Shown: positions 30,289 to 41,117 of the stretch, piece by piece | How positions within the stretch are numbered: position 1 is the stretch's first letter | Layout of the letters: each line of letters starts with the position of its first letter | Source of the DNA: an uncultured Clostridia bacterium | GTDB lineage: Bacteria > Bacillota > Clostridia > Christensenellales > UBA1242 | NCBI GenBank assembly: GCA_944381825.1 | Contig: CALWMK010000003.1 | Location: 1,987 to 65,986, forward strand | Length of the DNA: 64,000 nt | Direction of reading: 5' to 3' | Notes under the pieces: model-generated | Database searches by the model: none | What the model was told of the DNA's origin: nothing | The model's input: only the letters and a program-made list of their open reading frames with translations | Made by a program: the position numbers and the translations under genes

Positions 30289-31971
30289 ATGATACAGAAC
30301 ATTAGAATAAAAAATGTCGCACTCATAGAAGAAGCGACATTAGAGTTTGATAAAGGTTTTAATGCTTTAATGGGTGAAACAGGCGCGGGAAAGAGCATCA
30401 TACTTGAGGCTCTTAATTTTGTTTTAGGTTCTAGAGCTGATAAATCGCTTATTATGAGTGGAAAAGATAAAATGTTTGTTGAAGCAGTATTTTCAAATTT
30501 AAGCTTAGAATGCTTGAACACTTTAAATGACCTTGGTTATGATGAAGAAGATTTAGTTATTTCAAGAACACTTAATCAAGAGGGAAAAAGTGAAATTAGA
30601 ATTAATGGTAATTTATCATCTCTTTCTATTTTAAAATCAATAACAAAAGATTTGGTTGATTCCTACTCACAGCATGAAAACACAACTTTGCTAAACAATA
30701 AAAACCATTTGTTACTTCTAGATGGTGGCATTGAGGAGTTGCTTGCAGATAATAAAATTAAACTTAAAAATTTAATCCAAGAAAAAAATGAAACCAAAAA
30801 ACAAATTCAACTTTTATGTGGCAATGGTGAAAACAGAGAAAGATATTTAGAGTTATTAAAATATCAAATCGACGAAATTGAATCATTGATGCCAACGCAG
30901 GAAGAAGAAGACGAACTTTTAGAAAGATTTCAAGTTATGCAAAACTCTGAAAAGATTTCTTCAACCCTGGAAAATGTCTTAGAATTTTTAGATTCAACAC
31001 AATTTTCTGCTATTACAAATTTAAAAAGCGCGCTTCGTGGTTTGGCAAATATAAGAGAAATTAACAATGATTTTTTAACTGCTTATGAAAAACTAGATTC
31101 TTTAATATATGAACTTGATGATTTAGTATCATTGTTAAAGCGCCAATCTCGCTGTTTAATTTTTAATGAAAGTGAATTTGAAGCGATTGATACTAGACTT
31201 GATAAATATAGGGATATTAAAAAAAAGTATGGGCAAAGAATATCTGATGTTTTGAAATATTTGGAAAAATCAAAGATTGAATATGATAATCTAATAAACA
31301 GTGAGGAAAAAATAAAGCAACTTGAAGAAAAAATAGTTGCAATTGATTCTTCTGCTTTAGAGATATGCAAAGAAATTTCTAATGCTAGAAAATCATATGC
31401 GAAAAAACTTGAAGAAGCTGTAATGAAAGAGCTTTCATATTTAGGAATGAAAAATGCCAAATTAAGCTTTGATTTTGTTCAACAAGATGAATATAACCAA
31501 AATGGATATGACGATGTTGAAATTTTGTTTTCTGCAAATAAGGGAGAGCAAGTGAAAGCTCTTTCAAAAGTCATTTCAGGGGGTGAATTGAGCAGATTTA
31601 TGCTAGCCCTTAAGTCCGTTATTGTAAGTTGTGGAAATATCTTTGTTTTTGATGAAATTGACACTGGAATAAGTGGTGAAACTGCCAATGCTGTCGGTGA
31701 AAGAATTGCAATTCTTTCAAAACATAATCAAGTTATTTTGATTAGTCATTTACCACAAGTGTGTTCAATGGCTGATAGATTTTTCTATGTTTTTAAAACA
31801 GTAGGCGACAGAACAATTTCTAATTGCAAAATGCTTGATGAAAATCAAATTTATGTTGAACTCGCAAAACTTATTGGAGGTGATAAACAGAGCGAGTTGG
31901 GTATATTGCATGCTAAAGAAATGTTAGAAAAAGCAGCAAAATTTAAAGCTAATATTCAAATAAAAAGCTAA
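30289..31971 (+). CDS. recN: DNA repair protein RecN
   Basis: Walker A GETGAGKS, signature SGGELSR, Walker B VFDEIDTG, central coiled coil. Confidence 0.95.
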   Translation: MIQNIRIKNVALIEEATLEFDKGFNALMGETGAGKSIILEALNFVLGSRADKSLIMSGKDKMFVEAVFSNLSLECLNTLNDLGYDEEDLVISRTLNQEGKSEIRINGNLSSLSILKSITKDLVDSYSQHENTTLLNNKNHLLLLDGGIEELLADNKIKLKNLIQEKNETKKQIQLLCGNGENRERYLELLKYQIDEIESLMPTQEEEDELLERFQVMQNSEKISSTLENVLEFLDSTQFSAITNLKSALRGLANIREINNDFLTAYEKLDSLIYELDDLVSLLKRQSRCLIFNESEFEAIDTRLDKYRDIKKKYGQRISDVLKYLEKSKIEYDNLINSEEKIKQLEEKIVAIDSSALEICKEISNARKSYAKKLEEAVMKELSYLGMKNAKLSFDFVQQDEYNQNGYDDVEILFSANKGEQVKALSKVISGGELSRFMLALKSVIVSCGNIFVFDEIDTGISGETANAVGERIAILSKHNQVILISHLPQVCSMADRFFYVFKTVGDRTISNCKMLDENQIYVELAKLIGGDKQSELGILHAKEMLEKAAKFKANIQIKS

Positions 31972-31990
31972 ATATTAGCTTTTTTATTTT
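31963..31990 (+). terminator. Intrinsic terminator overlapping the recN stop
   Basis: AAAAGCTA / TAGCTTTT 8-bp stem, 5-nt loop, T-run. The stem is weak (AT-rich). Confidence 0.5.
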
Positions 31991-32144
31991 TTAATTTAAT
32001 GCAACTAATTTAAAAAGTAGCATTAATTTTTTTAGAAGCTATCACCTTATTTATATTTCATTTTTAAATATTTTTATTTTTCAAAAAGAATATATTAAAA
32101 AAAATTACAAACACTAAGCAAGAAAAAGTTTTTGTGAGGACAAA

Positions 32145-33380
32145 ATGAAAAATAATTTGTTTAAAAAGGTTGTAATAAAATCATTTGGAGTTTTGCTTTG
32201 TATAGCTTTTGTAACATTGATTGTAAATACAGATTTCTCAGTATTTTCTTTAACTAATGGCTCTTATATTTCTTATGAACAACTAAATGAATTAAATGAA
32301 AATGCTAGATTTGGAAAATTCATATCAGCTTCTCTCGCAGATGAAGGAATTGATGTGGGAAATGGTTTAAAAAAGTCTAAATTAAAATTTAAATTATTTG
32401 GATTGTTTACCGTAAAAGAAGTTGGGGTTAATGTAAGCGATGGTAAAGAAGTTTATGTTGGAGGCATTCCATTAGGTTTTGCTCTTGATACAAAAGGAGT
32501 AATAGTTATTGGTGAAAATAGTGTAAACACACAGCATGGTAGTATAATTCCAGAAAAAAGTGAAGAAGTTTTGGCTGGTGATATTTTAACAAAAATAAAC
32601 GACAATGAAATTACAAGTGTTGAAATCATAAAGCAAGAATTAGAAAAGAGTAATGGAAGTGTTATTAAAGTTAAAGCTATGAGAAAAGATAAGGAGTATG
32701 AGTTTTCTTTAAAACCAGCTCTTGATGTTGAAAGTGGAAAATATAAGTTAGGATTATGGGTCAGAGATGATGCTTCTGGTATAGGAACTTTGACTTATGT
32801 TGACAAGCAATCAAAAGCATATGGTGCACTTGGTCATGCTATTACCGATTTTGAAACAGGAGCGGTTGTTCCAGTTCAAGATGGAAAAATATATAATTGT
32901 TCTTTAATTGGAATAAACAAAGGCAAAAAAGGAAAACCGGGTGAACTGAGATGCCTATTTTTACAAGGTAAAAATAGTAAAGGAGATGTGCAATTAAATA
33001 CTTCTTCAGGAGTTTTTGGGAAAGTTGAAACAACACAGGGTATTATAGATGAAAATCTTGTCGCTACTATTGGTGGGCGAATGAGTGTAAAACCAGGTCC
33101 AGCAAAAATTGTTAGTTCGGTTAGTGGTGTAAGAGAGGAATATGAAATTGAAATTATCAAAGCAAATTATCAAAGCAAAAGCAGCGATAAGAGTTTGGTA
33201 TTTAGGGTTAAAGATAAAAGATTGTTAAGCTTAACAGGAGGAATTTTGCAGGGGATGAGTGGTAGCCCAATCTTGCAAGACGGAAAACTTATTGGGGCGG
33301 TTACACATGTTTTTTTAAATGACCCAACAAAAGGTTATGGGATATATGTAGATTGGATGCTCGAAAATAAAGTGATTTAA
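32145..33380 (+). CDS. spoIVB: SpoIVB peptidase (S55) with PDZ domain
   Basis: GIGTLTYVD, GALGHAI and GMSGSPI catalytic context. N-terminal TM anchor. Canonical position after recN. Confidence 0.9.
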   Translation: MKNNLFKKVVIKSFGVLLCIAFVTLIVNTDFSVFSLTNGSYISYEQLNELNENARFGKFISASLADEGIDVGNGLKKSKLKFKLFGLFTVKEVGVNVSDGKEVYVGGIPLGFALDTKGVIVIGENSVNTQHGSIIPEKSEEVLAGDILTKINDNEITSVEIIKQELEKSNGSVIKVKAMRKDKEYEFSLKPALDVESGKYKLGLWVRDDASGIGTLTYVDKQSKAYGALGHAITDFETGAVVPVQDGKIYNCSLIGINKGKKGKPGELRCLFLQGKNSKGDVQLNTSSGVFGKVETTQGIIDENLVATIGGRMSVKPGPAKIVSSVSGVREEYEIEIIKANYQSKSSDKSLVFRVKDKRLLSLTGGILQGMSGSPILQDGKLIGAVTHVFLNDPTKGYGIYVDWMLENKVI

Positions 33381-33486
33381 ATTCGTTTTTAAAATCAAGT
33401 TTTTATCAAAAATCTTTTAATTGTTTAAAAGCGACTAAATAAGTTTTTGTGTTCTTTTCCTACTTTTTCGACATATTATACTATAA

Positions 33487-34110
33487 ATGAAAGCATATAA
33501 ATATGTAGGAAAATACAGTAACTTTAAATACACTGTTTTGAGTTTTTTAAGGGTTAACAAGGTTCGAATTTTTGTTCTTTGTTTTTTTACTATTCTTGGA
33601 TTATTAACTGGAATTTTTACAGCAGTAAAATATTTAAATGGCACTGAATTGTTTAATTTTAATAATTATGGAATAACACAATTTGCTAACGGAAACATTG
33701 CAACAACAGAGTTGTTTTTTAAAAGATTTTTGTCTTATACCTGTTTTTTATTTATTTTACTTATTTGTTCTTTATCAGCATTTTTATTGCCTATAGGTTG
33801 TTTTGTAATAGTTTATCGTTCCTATCTTTTAGGACTAAACATAACAATTATTGTAGTGCTTTATGGATTTGGCGGAATTCTTTCTGCTATTGTGATTATT
33901 TTGCCAATTCAGCTTTGCATGCTAGTTTTTGCTTGTTTATTTTATTGTATGGTTAGAAATAGATGTATAATTAAAAAAAAATATGGAAAAGCAGTCGGAT
34001 TAAACACAATTTTGCTTTTTCTCATATTTTTAGTTTTATTGTCAATTTTAAATCTTTTAGAAACAATACTTTTAATTTTGTTTAGTGGTCAAGTAATTTT
34101 GATAATTTAA
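33487..34110 (+). CDS. Polytopic membrane protein, SpoIIM-like
   Basis: Size and topology resemble SpoIIM. The segment ..LLPIGCFVIVYRSYLLGLNI..GFGGILSAIVIILPIQL.. resembles the SpoIIM core (..GLP..FLKG..G..LPQNL..). Confidence 0.5.
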   Translation: MKAYKYVGKYSNFKYTVLSFLRVNKVRIFVLCFFTILGLLTGIFTAVKYLNGTELFNFNNYGITQFANGNIATTELFFKRFLSYTCFLFILLICSLSAFLLPIGCFVIVYRSYLLGLNITIIVVLYGFGGILSAIVIILPIQLCMLVFACLFYCMVRNRCIIKKKYGKAVGLNTILLFLIFLVLLSILNLLETILLILFSGQVILII

Positions 34111-34838
34111 ATCATTGGTTCAAAATTTTCAAAAATTATGTTATCACAATATTTTATTACCTTATTATATTGTTCTTGACTTCTAACAGTCCAGCAAAGT
34201 AAAGGCAAATTTTTATATTTTTTTACATATCTATTTGGCAATGCTTCTGCCTCATAAGAAATGAAATTTGGTTTTGAAACACTTTTATTTAGTAGCATGC
34301 GTTTTAATGTAAGTTTTTTAAAAAAACCTAACTTGGCATTTTTAAGATTACCTGATAATTGTCCTCTTAAAATTTCTGGGGCATTGATATTAAACCATTG
34401 AAGGGAATATGGGTTAAAAGATTGAACGGCGAATTCGCCTTTATAATTTTTTAGCATTTGATAAAGTTTGCTTTCTATTTCGCCAACCTTTCCATTGTTT
34501 TTTATTTCAATTAAAAGCGGAACTTGACCATCGACTAGCTTTAATACCTCTTTCAAAGTTGGAATATACTCCTCAGTTCCCATGAGTTTATAATTTTTCA
34601 AATCTTCACTTTTTAAATTTTTTACATAGCCATCTTTACTTGTTACTCTTTTTAAAGTATCATCATGTATTACAACTATTTCTCCATCACTTATAAGATG
34701 AACATCTAGTTCTATCGCGTAGCCTTTTTTAATAGCATTTTCAAAAGCTAAAAGAGAATTTTCTGGTGCATCTTGATCATGAAAACCTCTATGAGCTATA
34801 TAATTTTCAACCAACCATGACTTAAATATATCGTTCAT
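34107..34838 (-). CDS. Glycerophosphodiester phosphodiesterase family protein
   Basis: IAHRGF..APENSLLAF..AIELDVHL..DGEIVVIHDDTLKR (GDPD motifs). Confidence 0.85.
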   Translation of the reverse strand: MNDIFKSWLVENYIAHRGFHDQDAPENSLLAFENAIKKGYAIELDVHLISDGEIVVIHDDTLKRVTSKDGYVKNLKSEDLKNYKLMGTEEYIPTLKEVLKLVDGQVPLLIEIKNNGKVGEIESKLYQMLKNYKGEFAVQSFNPYSLQWFNINAPEILRGQLSGNLKNAKLGFFKKLTLKRMLLNKSVSKPNFISYEAEALPNRYVKKYKNLPLLCWTVRSQEQYNKVIKYCDNIIFENFEPMI

Positions 34839-35047
34839 TATTTCTCCTTAATTTATAACAATTTTTGTTAATATATTTTATTATATGCTAAAAATAGTTT
34901 TTTTTTATTATATATTTAATATACACATAATTGTAGAATAATACAAATATTTTTTTAAATTTTTAATATTCAAAAAAATAATTATAGAAGTTGTAAGAGA
35001 AAAATATTTTTGTTATAATAAATATTAAAGATGAATAGGAGAAAAAC

Positions 35048-36847
35048 TTGGAAAAAGAAAATATTAGAAATTTTTGCATAATAGCACATATAGATCATGG
35101 AAAAAGTACCCTTGCAGATAGATTAATTGAGGCTACTGGAACACTTGCCAAGCGTGAAATTAGTGAACAACTTTTAGATAGTATGGAACTTGAAAGAGAA
35201 AGAGGAATTACAATAAAATTGACCCCAACAAGAATGCATTATAACTATATGGGGAAAGATTATATTTTAAATTTGATTGACACTCCTGGACATGTAGATT
35301 TCACATATGAGGTTTCTAGATCTCTTGCTGCATGTGAAGGGGCAATACTAATTGTAGACGCATCTCAAGGTGTAGAAGCACAAACACTTGCAAATGCTTA
35401 TTTGGCAATTGAAAATAATCTTGAGATTATCCCAGTTATTAACAAAATAGATTTGCCAAGTGCCGAGCCTGACAGAGTTAAAGCTGAAATAGAAAACATC
35501 ATTGGTTTATCTGCTCAAGATGCCCCTTTAATTTCTGCCAAAGAAGGCATTAATATTGACAAAGTGATAGAAAAAGTAATTTGTGATGTTCCAGAGCCAA
35601 AAGGGGATGAATCAGCACCGCTAAAGGCTTTAATATTCGATAGCATATATGACAATTTTAAGGGCGCAATTGTCATGATAAGAGTTTTTGATGGCAATGT
35701 TAAAGTTGGTGACAAAATTAAAATGTTTCAAACCCAAAAAGTATTTGATGTGACAGAGGTGGGATATTTTACACCTCGACAAAAACCTTGTGACATTTTG
35801 CATGCTGGAGAAGTGGGATACTTGACCGCCGCCATTAAAAATGTGGCAGACACAAAAGTTGGTGACACTATAACTAATGCAGATAATGGAGCAAAAGAAG
35901 CTTTGCCAGGCTATAAAAGTGTTATGCCTGTTGTTTTTTCTGGCATATTTTGTGTTGATGGTTCCAGATATAATGATTTAAAAGATGCTTTAGAAAAATT
36001 AAAATTAAATGATGCTTCACTTGTATTTACTCCCGAAGTTTCTACTGCTTTAGGTTTTGGTTTTAGATGTGGCTTTTTAGGGTTGCTTCATATGGAGGTT
36101 ATAACTGAACGAATTGAAAGGGAGTTCAATATTGATATCATAACAACAGCGCCTGGAGTTTCATATAGAGTTTTTAAAAATGATAATTCTATGTTGGAAA
36201 TTTCCAATCCTTCCTTGTTTCCAAATTTTGGTGAAATAGTTAAAATAGAAGAACCAATAGTTAAATTAGAAATTTATACTTCTCCAAACTTTGTTGGTGC
36301 TGTCATGGAATTGTGCCAAGAGAAAAGGGCTGTTTATAAAGATTTACAATATGTAGATTCTTTTAGAGTTAAGATGAGTTATACAATGCCCTTAGCAGAA
36401 ATGATTTATGATTTTTTTGATAGCTTAAAATCGAGAACAAAAGGATACGCTTCGTTAGACTATGAATTTGCTGGATTTCAACAAAGTGATATGGTAAAGT
36501 TAGATATCTTGCTTAATGGTGAAACTTGTGATGCATTGAGTTTAATTATTCATAGGGAAAAGGCATATTCTCGTGGAAGAGCCATAGCTGAAAAGCTTAA
36601 AAAAGTGATTCCAAGACAAATGTTTGAAGTGCCAATTCAAGCTGCTATTGGTGGAAAAATTATTGCAAGAGAAACAATAAGCGCACTTAGAAAAGATGTG
36701 CTTGCAAAATGTTATGGTGGAGATATTTCAAGAAAACGAAAGCTATTGGAAAAACAAAAGGAAGGAAAGAAGAAAATGCGTCAAATAGGTTCGGTTGAAC
36801 TTCCTAGTGAGGCATTTATGAGTATTTTAAAATTAGATAATGAATGA
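35048..36847 (+). CDS. lepA: Elongation factor 4 (LepA)
   Basis: TTG start after AGGAG. G motifs [18 protein letters not shown]. LepA-specific C-terminus. Confidence 0.95.
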   Translation: MEKENIRNFCIIAHIDHGKSTLADRLIEATGTLAKREISEQLLDSMELERERGITIKLTPTRMHYNYMGKDYILNLIDTPGHVDFTYEVSRSLAACEGAILIVDASQGVEAQTLANAYLAIENNLEIIPVINKIDLPSAEPDRVKAEIENIIGLSAQDAPLISAKEGINIDKVIEKVICDVPEPKGDESAPLKALIFDSIYDNFKGAIVMIRVFDGNVKVGDKIKMFQTQKVFDVTEVGYFTPRQKPCDILHAGEVGYLTAAIKNVADTKVGDTITNADNGAKEALPGYKSVMPVVFSGIFCVDGSRYNDLKDALEKLKLNDASLVFTPEVSTALGFGFRCGFLGLLHMEVITERIEREFNIDIITTAPGVSYRVFKNDNSMLEISNPSLFPNFGEIVKIEEPIVKLEIYTSPNFVGAVMELCQEKRAVYKDLQYVDSFRVKMSYTMPLAEMIYDFFDSLKSRTKGYASLDYEFAGFQQSDMVKLDILLNGETCDALSLIIHREKAYSRGRAIAEKLKKVIPRQMFEVPIQAAIGGKIIARETISALRKDVLAKCYGGDISRKRKLLEKQKEGKKKMRQIGSVELPSEAFMSILKLDNE

Positions 36848-37916
36848 TTCTCAAATGATTTATGTTCATATACCATTTTGCAAAAAAAGGTGTGATTATT
36901 GCGCCTTTGTTTCGTGCACTAATTTTCAAATTGTGGAAAAATATTTTTGTTTTTTAAAAAATGAAATTCAATCTTGTAAATACAACACAAAACCTATTTC
37001 TTCCATATATTTTGGAGGAGGCACACCAAGTGTTGTGGATGAAAAATATATTTGTGAAACTTTGAGTCTGATAAAAAGCAAATTTAAAATCATGCAAAAT
37101 TGTGAAATTTCTATTGAATGCAATCCAGAATCTACTACATTGTCAAAATTAAAAGCCTTTTATAAAGCTGGCTTTAATAGAATTAGCTTTGGTGTTCAAA
37201 GCTTAAATGAAAAAGAATTGCTTAAAATAGGGCGTAATCAAAATGCAGTGCAGGTTAAAAATGCAATGAAAAATGCTTTAAAAGTAGGATTTGAAAATCT
37301 TTCAGTAGATTTGCTTTTAGGTTTAGAAGGGCAAACTTGCAAAAGTTTAGAAAAACAAATTGAACAACTAAATATGTGGGGTGCTACACATTTATCGCTA
37401 TATATGTTGATGATTGAGGAAAATACAAAACTTTTTAAAAATGTGCAAAATGGATTATATTTGCCACTAGAAGATGAAATTTGTGTGCAACTTTATGACT
37501 TATTATTTAAAAAACTAAAGGAACTTGGTTTTTATAGATATGAAGTTTCAAATTTTGCAAAAAATGGTTTTATTTGCAAACATAATTTAGGTTATTGGCA
37601 AATGAAACCATATTTGGGATTTGGAGTTTCTGCCCATTCTTTTATTGATGGCAAGAGGATAGCAAATCCAGATAATTTTATGGACTATTTTAATGGTAAA
37701 TACAATATTGAGAAATGTAATCAACAGAGCTTAAATGAAGAATATATCATGTTGGGACTAAGAACTATTTTTGGAGTTGAGGAAAACTTTATCAAAAATA
37801 CTAAACAATTAAATTTGCTTTTACAAAAGGGAATTGTAATAAAAAGCAACTCAAAAATTCGAGTTGCTGATGACTATTTTGGTGTTTTAAATCAAATTAT
37901 TTTGAAGTTAATTTAG
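36840..37916 (+). CDS. hemW: Radical SAM heme chaperone HemW / HemN-like
   Basis: CxxxCxxC ([10 protein letters not shown]), GGGTPS motif, standard position after lepA. Confidence 0.85.
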   Translation: MNDSQMIYVHIPFCKKRCDYCAFVSCTNFQIVEKYFCFLKNEIQSCKYNTKPISSIYFGGGTPSVVDEKYICETLSLIKSKFKIMQNCEISIECNPESTTLSKLKAFYKAGFNRISFGVQSLNEKELLKIGRNQNAVQVKNAMKNALKVGFENLSVDLLLGLEGQTCKSLEKQIEQLNMWGATHLSLYMLMIEENTKLFKNVQNGLYLPLEDEICVQLYDLLFKKLKELGFYRYEVSNFAKNGFICKHNLGYWQMKPYLGFGVSAHSFIDGKRIANPDNFMDYFNGKYNIEKCNQQSLNEEYIMLGLRTIFGVEENFIKNTKQLNLLLQKGIVIKSNSKIRVADDYFGVLNQIILKLI

Positions 37917-38639
37917 TCCGCCATTTATCCCAATATTTTGAGCTGTAATATAGCTTGCTTTATCGCTTGCTAAAAACAGTGCAAGTTCAGCAACTTCACA
38001 AGCTTTGCCAAATCTTCCAATGGGAATTTCATTTTTAAAAAAATCTAAGTCATTTTCTGAAATTTGATGGAGCATATCGGTTTCTATCGCTCCAGGAGAG
38101 ATTGAATTAACTGTGATATTTGCAAGTGACAATTCCTTTGCAAGGGCTTTTGTAAAACTAATTAAGCCTCCTTTTGTTGCAGAATAAACACTCTCCATGG
38201 AGCCTCCAATTTCACCCCAAATTGATGAAATATTTATTATTCGTCCAAATTGATTAGTAATCATTAGTTTTGAAATCTCTCTTGATAAAATTATTGGTGC
38301 GATTAAATTTGTGGAAATTAAATTTTCTATTTCTTTATCGCTACAATCAATTAAAAGCTTTTGAATTGAAATGCCTGCATTGTTTATAAGAACATCAACC
38401 TTTCCAAAGATATCTTTTACTGTGTTGACTAGTTTCATGCATTCTGATTTTTTAGATAAATCAGCTTTAATCAACATTGCGTTATTGCCTTGATTTTTGA
38501 TTTCATCAAGAACTTTCATAGCTTCTTGCTTAGAAGATTTATAGGTCATAATAACAAAATAGTTATTTTTTGAAAAAAGTAAGGCGCACTGTTTTCCAAT
38601 TCCTCTTGACGACCCAGTTATTAATGCAATTTTCTTCAT
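37908..38639 (-). CDS. Short-chain dehydrogenase/reductase, FabG-like
   Basis: TGSSRGIG, NNAG, YSATKGG (Y-x3-K), PGAIETDM. Confidence 0.8.
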   Translation of the reverse strand: MKKIALITGSSRGIGKQCALLFSKNNYFVIMTYKSSKQEAMKVLDEIKNQGNNAMLIKADLSKKSECMKLVNTVKDIFGKVDVLINNAGISIQKLLIDCSDKEIENLISTNLIAPIILSREISKLMITNQFGRIINISSIWGEIGGSMESVYSATKGGLISFTKALAKELSLANITVNSISPGAIETDMLHQISENDLDFFKNEIPIGRFGKACEVAELALFLASDKASYITAQNIGINGGLN

Positions 38640-38675
38640 ATGTTTATATTAACAAATAAAAGTTGCCAAATGCAA

Positions 38676-40934
38676 TTATAAATACCATTTTTCGTTAATT
38701 TTTTCAATATTAGAATCTTTTGTTTTAATAAGAGTAATAGGCTTTGAACTTTCTTGAAAGGTTTCGTTTGTCGTGTAATTTTTCATTTTAGTTATTAAAG
38801 TGAAAGATTGTTTTTTGTTGGTATATGGAATATAGTATTTAAACTCAATTTTTCCAGATTTATTTTCAAATTTTGCTATTAGCTTATTTTCACTCCAAAT
38901 TTCATATTCCAAGTAATCTTGAGCATCAAATGTTAGTATTGCGTCATTTCCTATAATTTTTCCAGATAAAGTTGCCGGCTTTAATTTTAACAAACCATGT
39001 TCTTTGTTTTTTGGTGGATAAAATCTTGAAAATGGTGCAACGATTCTATATCTTTCTGGTAAATAACTTCCAGCTTTGACTATTTGATGATTTTCAGATA
39101 ATTCTTTTGCATCAATTTCTAATTGTTCAATAGAAGAAGGAGTCTTAAATGGTTGTGGTTTGTTTTTCGAATAAATTTGTTTGAAATAAGTTTTTGTTGC
39201 TTCTATAGGAATATTTCCTCCAACAATATTTCCAATAGGTGAGTTATCCATGTTTCCAACCCAAACTCCTACAATATCTTCTGTTGTATATGAAACACTC
39301 CAAGCATCATAATTTTTACTATTTTTTCCAACAGTTCCTGTTTTTGAAGCTATTTCAAAGTCTAATTCTTTTAACCTTTTAGAAGTACCTTTTTGGCTGG
39401 CTTCAACAAGCATGTGGTTCATTAAATAAGCTGTGTCATCTCTAATAACAGAGGTTTCTTTTTTATCTGAAACATATATGATTCTATCTTTTGAATCTGT
39501 AATATATTTCACAAATTTAGGTTTGATATATTTTCCATTATTAGTAAAGATTGAATAGGCAGAAGTTAAAGAGCAAAGATCTGTACCATAAGTCATGCCT
39601 CCAAGAGCTATAGAATAATTGTCATCGTTTTGAGCAAATTCTATTCCACATTTTTCGGCATATTTTTTCGATTTGTCAATAGTGGTATAAGACATAATTT
39701 TAACTGCGGGAATGTTATATGAAGAGCAAATTGCGTCTTTGACACTGATATATCCATGAAATTTATTGTCGTGATTTTTAGGGGCATATCCAGAAATGTT
39801 TATCTCCTCGTCAAGTATTTGGGTTAGGGGATTGATAATTCCTTCATTTATTGCAGGAGCATAGACAAGAATGGGTTTAATCGCTGATCCGGGTTGGCGC
39901 TTGTTTTTAAGAATTTTATAATTACTTTCTCCACAAAATGCTTGCACTTCTCCGCTTGTGGCATTTATTGAAATTAAAGCATTATTGTTTTCATTAAAAT
40001 TGGTTTGTTTTTGAGCATTTTCTAAAGCGGCTTGTTTTTCTTTATCTAAAAAAGTATATATTTTATATCCACCATTAGAAATTTGTTTGGCGGGCATTTT
40101 TAAGATGGAAATTGCTTCATCAAGAGCCATTTCACTATAACAATTTAACCTATTGTTTTTATCTGACTTGATTTTTATCTCAATTTCACTTTGCTTTGCT
40201 TTTTGATATTCCTCATTAGAAATTTTATTATCTTCAAACATTTCTTTAAGAACAAGGTTTCGACGCTTTTTAGCATTTTCAGGTTTTGTTATAGGACAAT
40301 ATCGTCCAGGTGAACTTATAATTCCTGCAAGTAAAGCGGATTCTTGAAGATTTAGATTTTTTGCAGATTTTGAAAAATAGTGATTTGATGCACTCTCAAT
40401 TCCATAGCAATTGTCGCCAAAATATATTATGTTTAAATATTTTTCTAAAATTTCATCTTTGGAAAAATTTTTTTCTAGTTGTTTTGCGAGCACTATTTCG
40501 TTCATCTTTCTGCTCAAAGTTTTTTGACTAGAAAGATGGGTGTTTTTAATAAGTTGTTGACTTATTGTTGATGCTCCTTGTTCAAATTTTCCATTTTTTA
40601 AATCCCAAATTAGTGCGCCCAACATACGCTTATAATTCAATCCTTTATGATTGTAAAATTCTTTATCTTCAATTGAAATAAAAGCTTCCTTAACATGGTT
40701 TGGCAGACTGGTTATTTTTACAAATTTAGAATTAAAAGAATTTTCTTCTTTAATAGGTGTGTTTTCATTGTCAAAGAATTCAATTTTTGAGGTGACTTCT
40801 TGCAATTTACTTGGGCTAAATTTAACTCTTTCGCTTGTGAAATAGCAAATAAAAATAAAAGCAATTCCTAAAATTACTAAGATTGTCAAGCTGATAAATG
40901 TCCATAATATTGTTTTTTTTAGCGCAGTTTTCAT
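38676..40934 (-). CDS. Class A penicillin-binding protein (PBP1A-type, glycosyltransferase + transpeptidase)
   Basis: GT51 motifs EDKEFYNHKG and GASTISQQL. Transpeptidase motifs SGSAIKP and KTGT. N-terminal TM anchor. Confidence 0.9.
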   Translation of the reverse strand: MKTALKKTILWTFISLTILVILGIAFIFICYFTSERVKFSPSKLQEVTSKIEFFDNENTPIKEENSFNSKFVKITSLPNHVKEAFISIEDKEFYNHKGLNYKRMLGALIWDLKNGKFEQGASTISQQLIKNTHLSSQKTLSRKMNEIVLAKQLEKNFSKDEILEKYLNIIYFGDNCYGIESASNHYFSKSAKNLNLQESALLAGIISSPGRYCPITKPENAKKRRNLVLKEMFEDNKISNEEYQKAKQSEIEIKIKSDKNNRLNCYSEMALDEAISILKMPAKQISNGGYKIYTFLDKEKQAALENAQKQTNFNENNNALISINATSGEVQAFCGESNYKILKNKRQPGSAIKPILVYAPAINEGIINPLTQILDEEINISGYAPKNHDNKFHGYISVKDAICSSYNIPAVKIMSYTTIDKSKKYAEKCGIEFAQNDDNYSIALGGMTYGTDLCSLTSAYSIFTNNGKYIKPKFVKYITDSKDRIIYVSDKKETSVIRDDTAYLMNHMLVEASQKGTSKRLKELDFEIASKTGTVGKNSKNYDAWSVSYTTEDIVGVWVGNMDNSPIGNIVGGNIPIEATKTYFKQIYSKNKPQPFKTPSSIEQLEIDAKELSENHQIVKAGSYLPERYRIVAPFSRFYPPKNKEHGLLKLKPATLSGKIIGNDAILTFDAQDYLEYEIWSENKLIAKFENKSGKIEFKYYIPYTNKKQSFTLITKMKNYTTNETFQESSKPITLIKTKDSNIEKINEKWYL

Positions 40935-41117
40935 TATGTTTATTATGTGTATGAATAGTGTAAATATTTATCTTATAATAAAAATTTATAAAATCTTTAA
41001 TTCAGTTAAAAAAAATCACTATGATTTTTTAATTATATTTATAACCTAATTGTATAGTTGATAATAAAAAGATTGCAAATATTTACAATTTTCGATATAA
41101 TGCCAATGGAGGTACAT

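Noticed and set aside
31972-32144. Forespore (sigma-F/G) promoter upstream of spoIVB (GAATA..CACTAAG around 32085-32120)
   Set aside because: The match to the GnATA / CAtAnTA consensus is loose in a nearly pure A/T region. It is not distinguishable from chance by eye.
41058-41117. Longer N-terminus for MiaB (TTG 41058 or ATG 41100)
   Set aside because: MiaB proteins begin a few residues before the FGCQMN motif. GGAGG at 41108-41112 positions TTG 41118. ATG 41100 remains a possible alternative.
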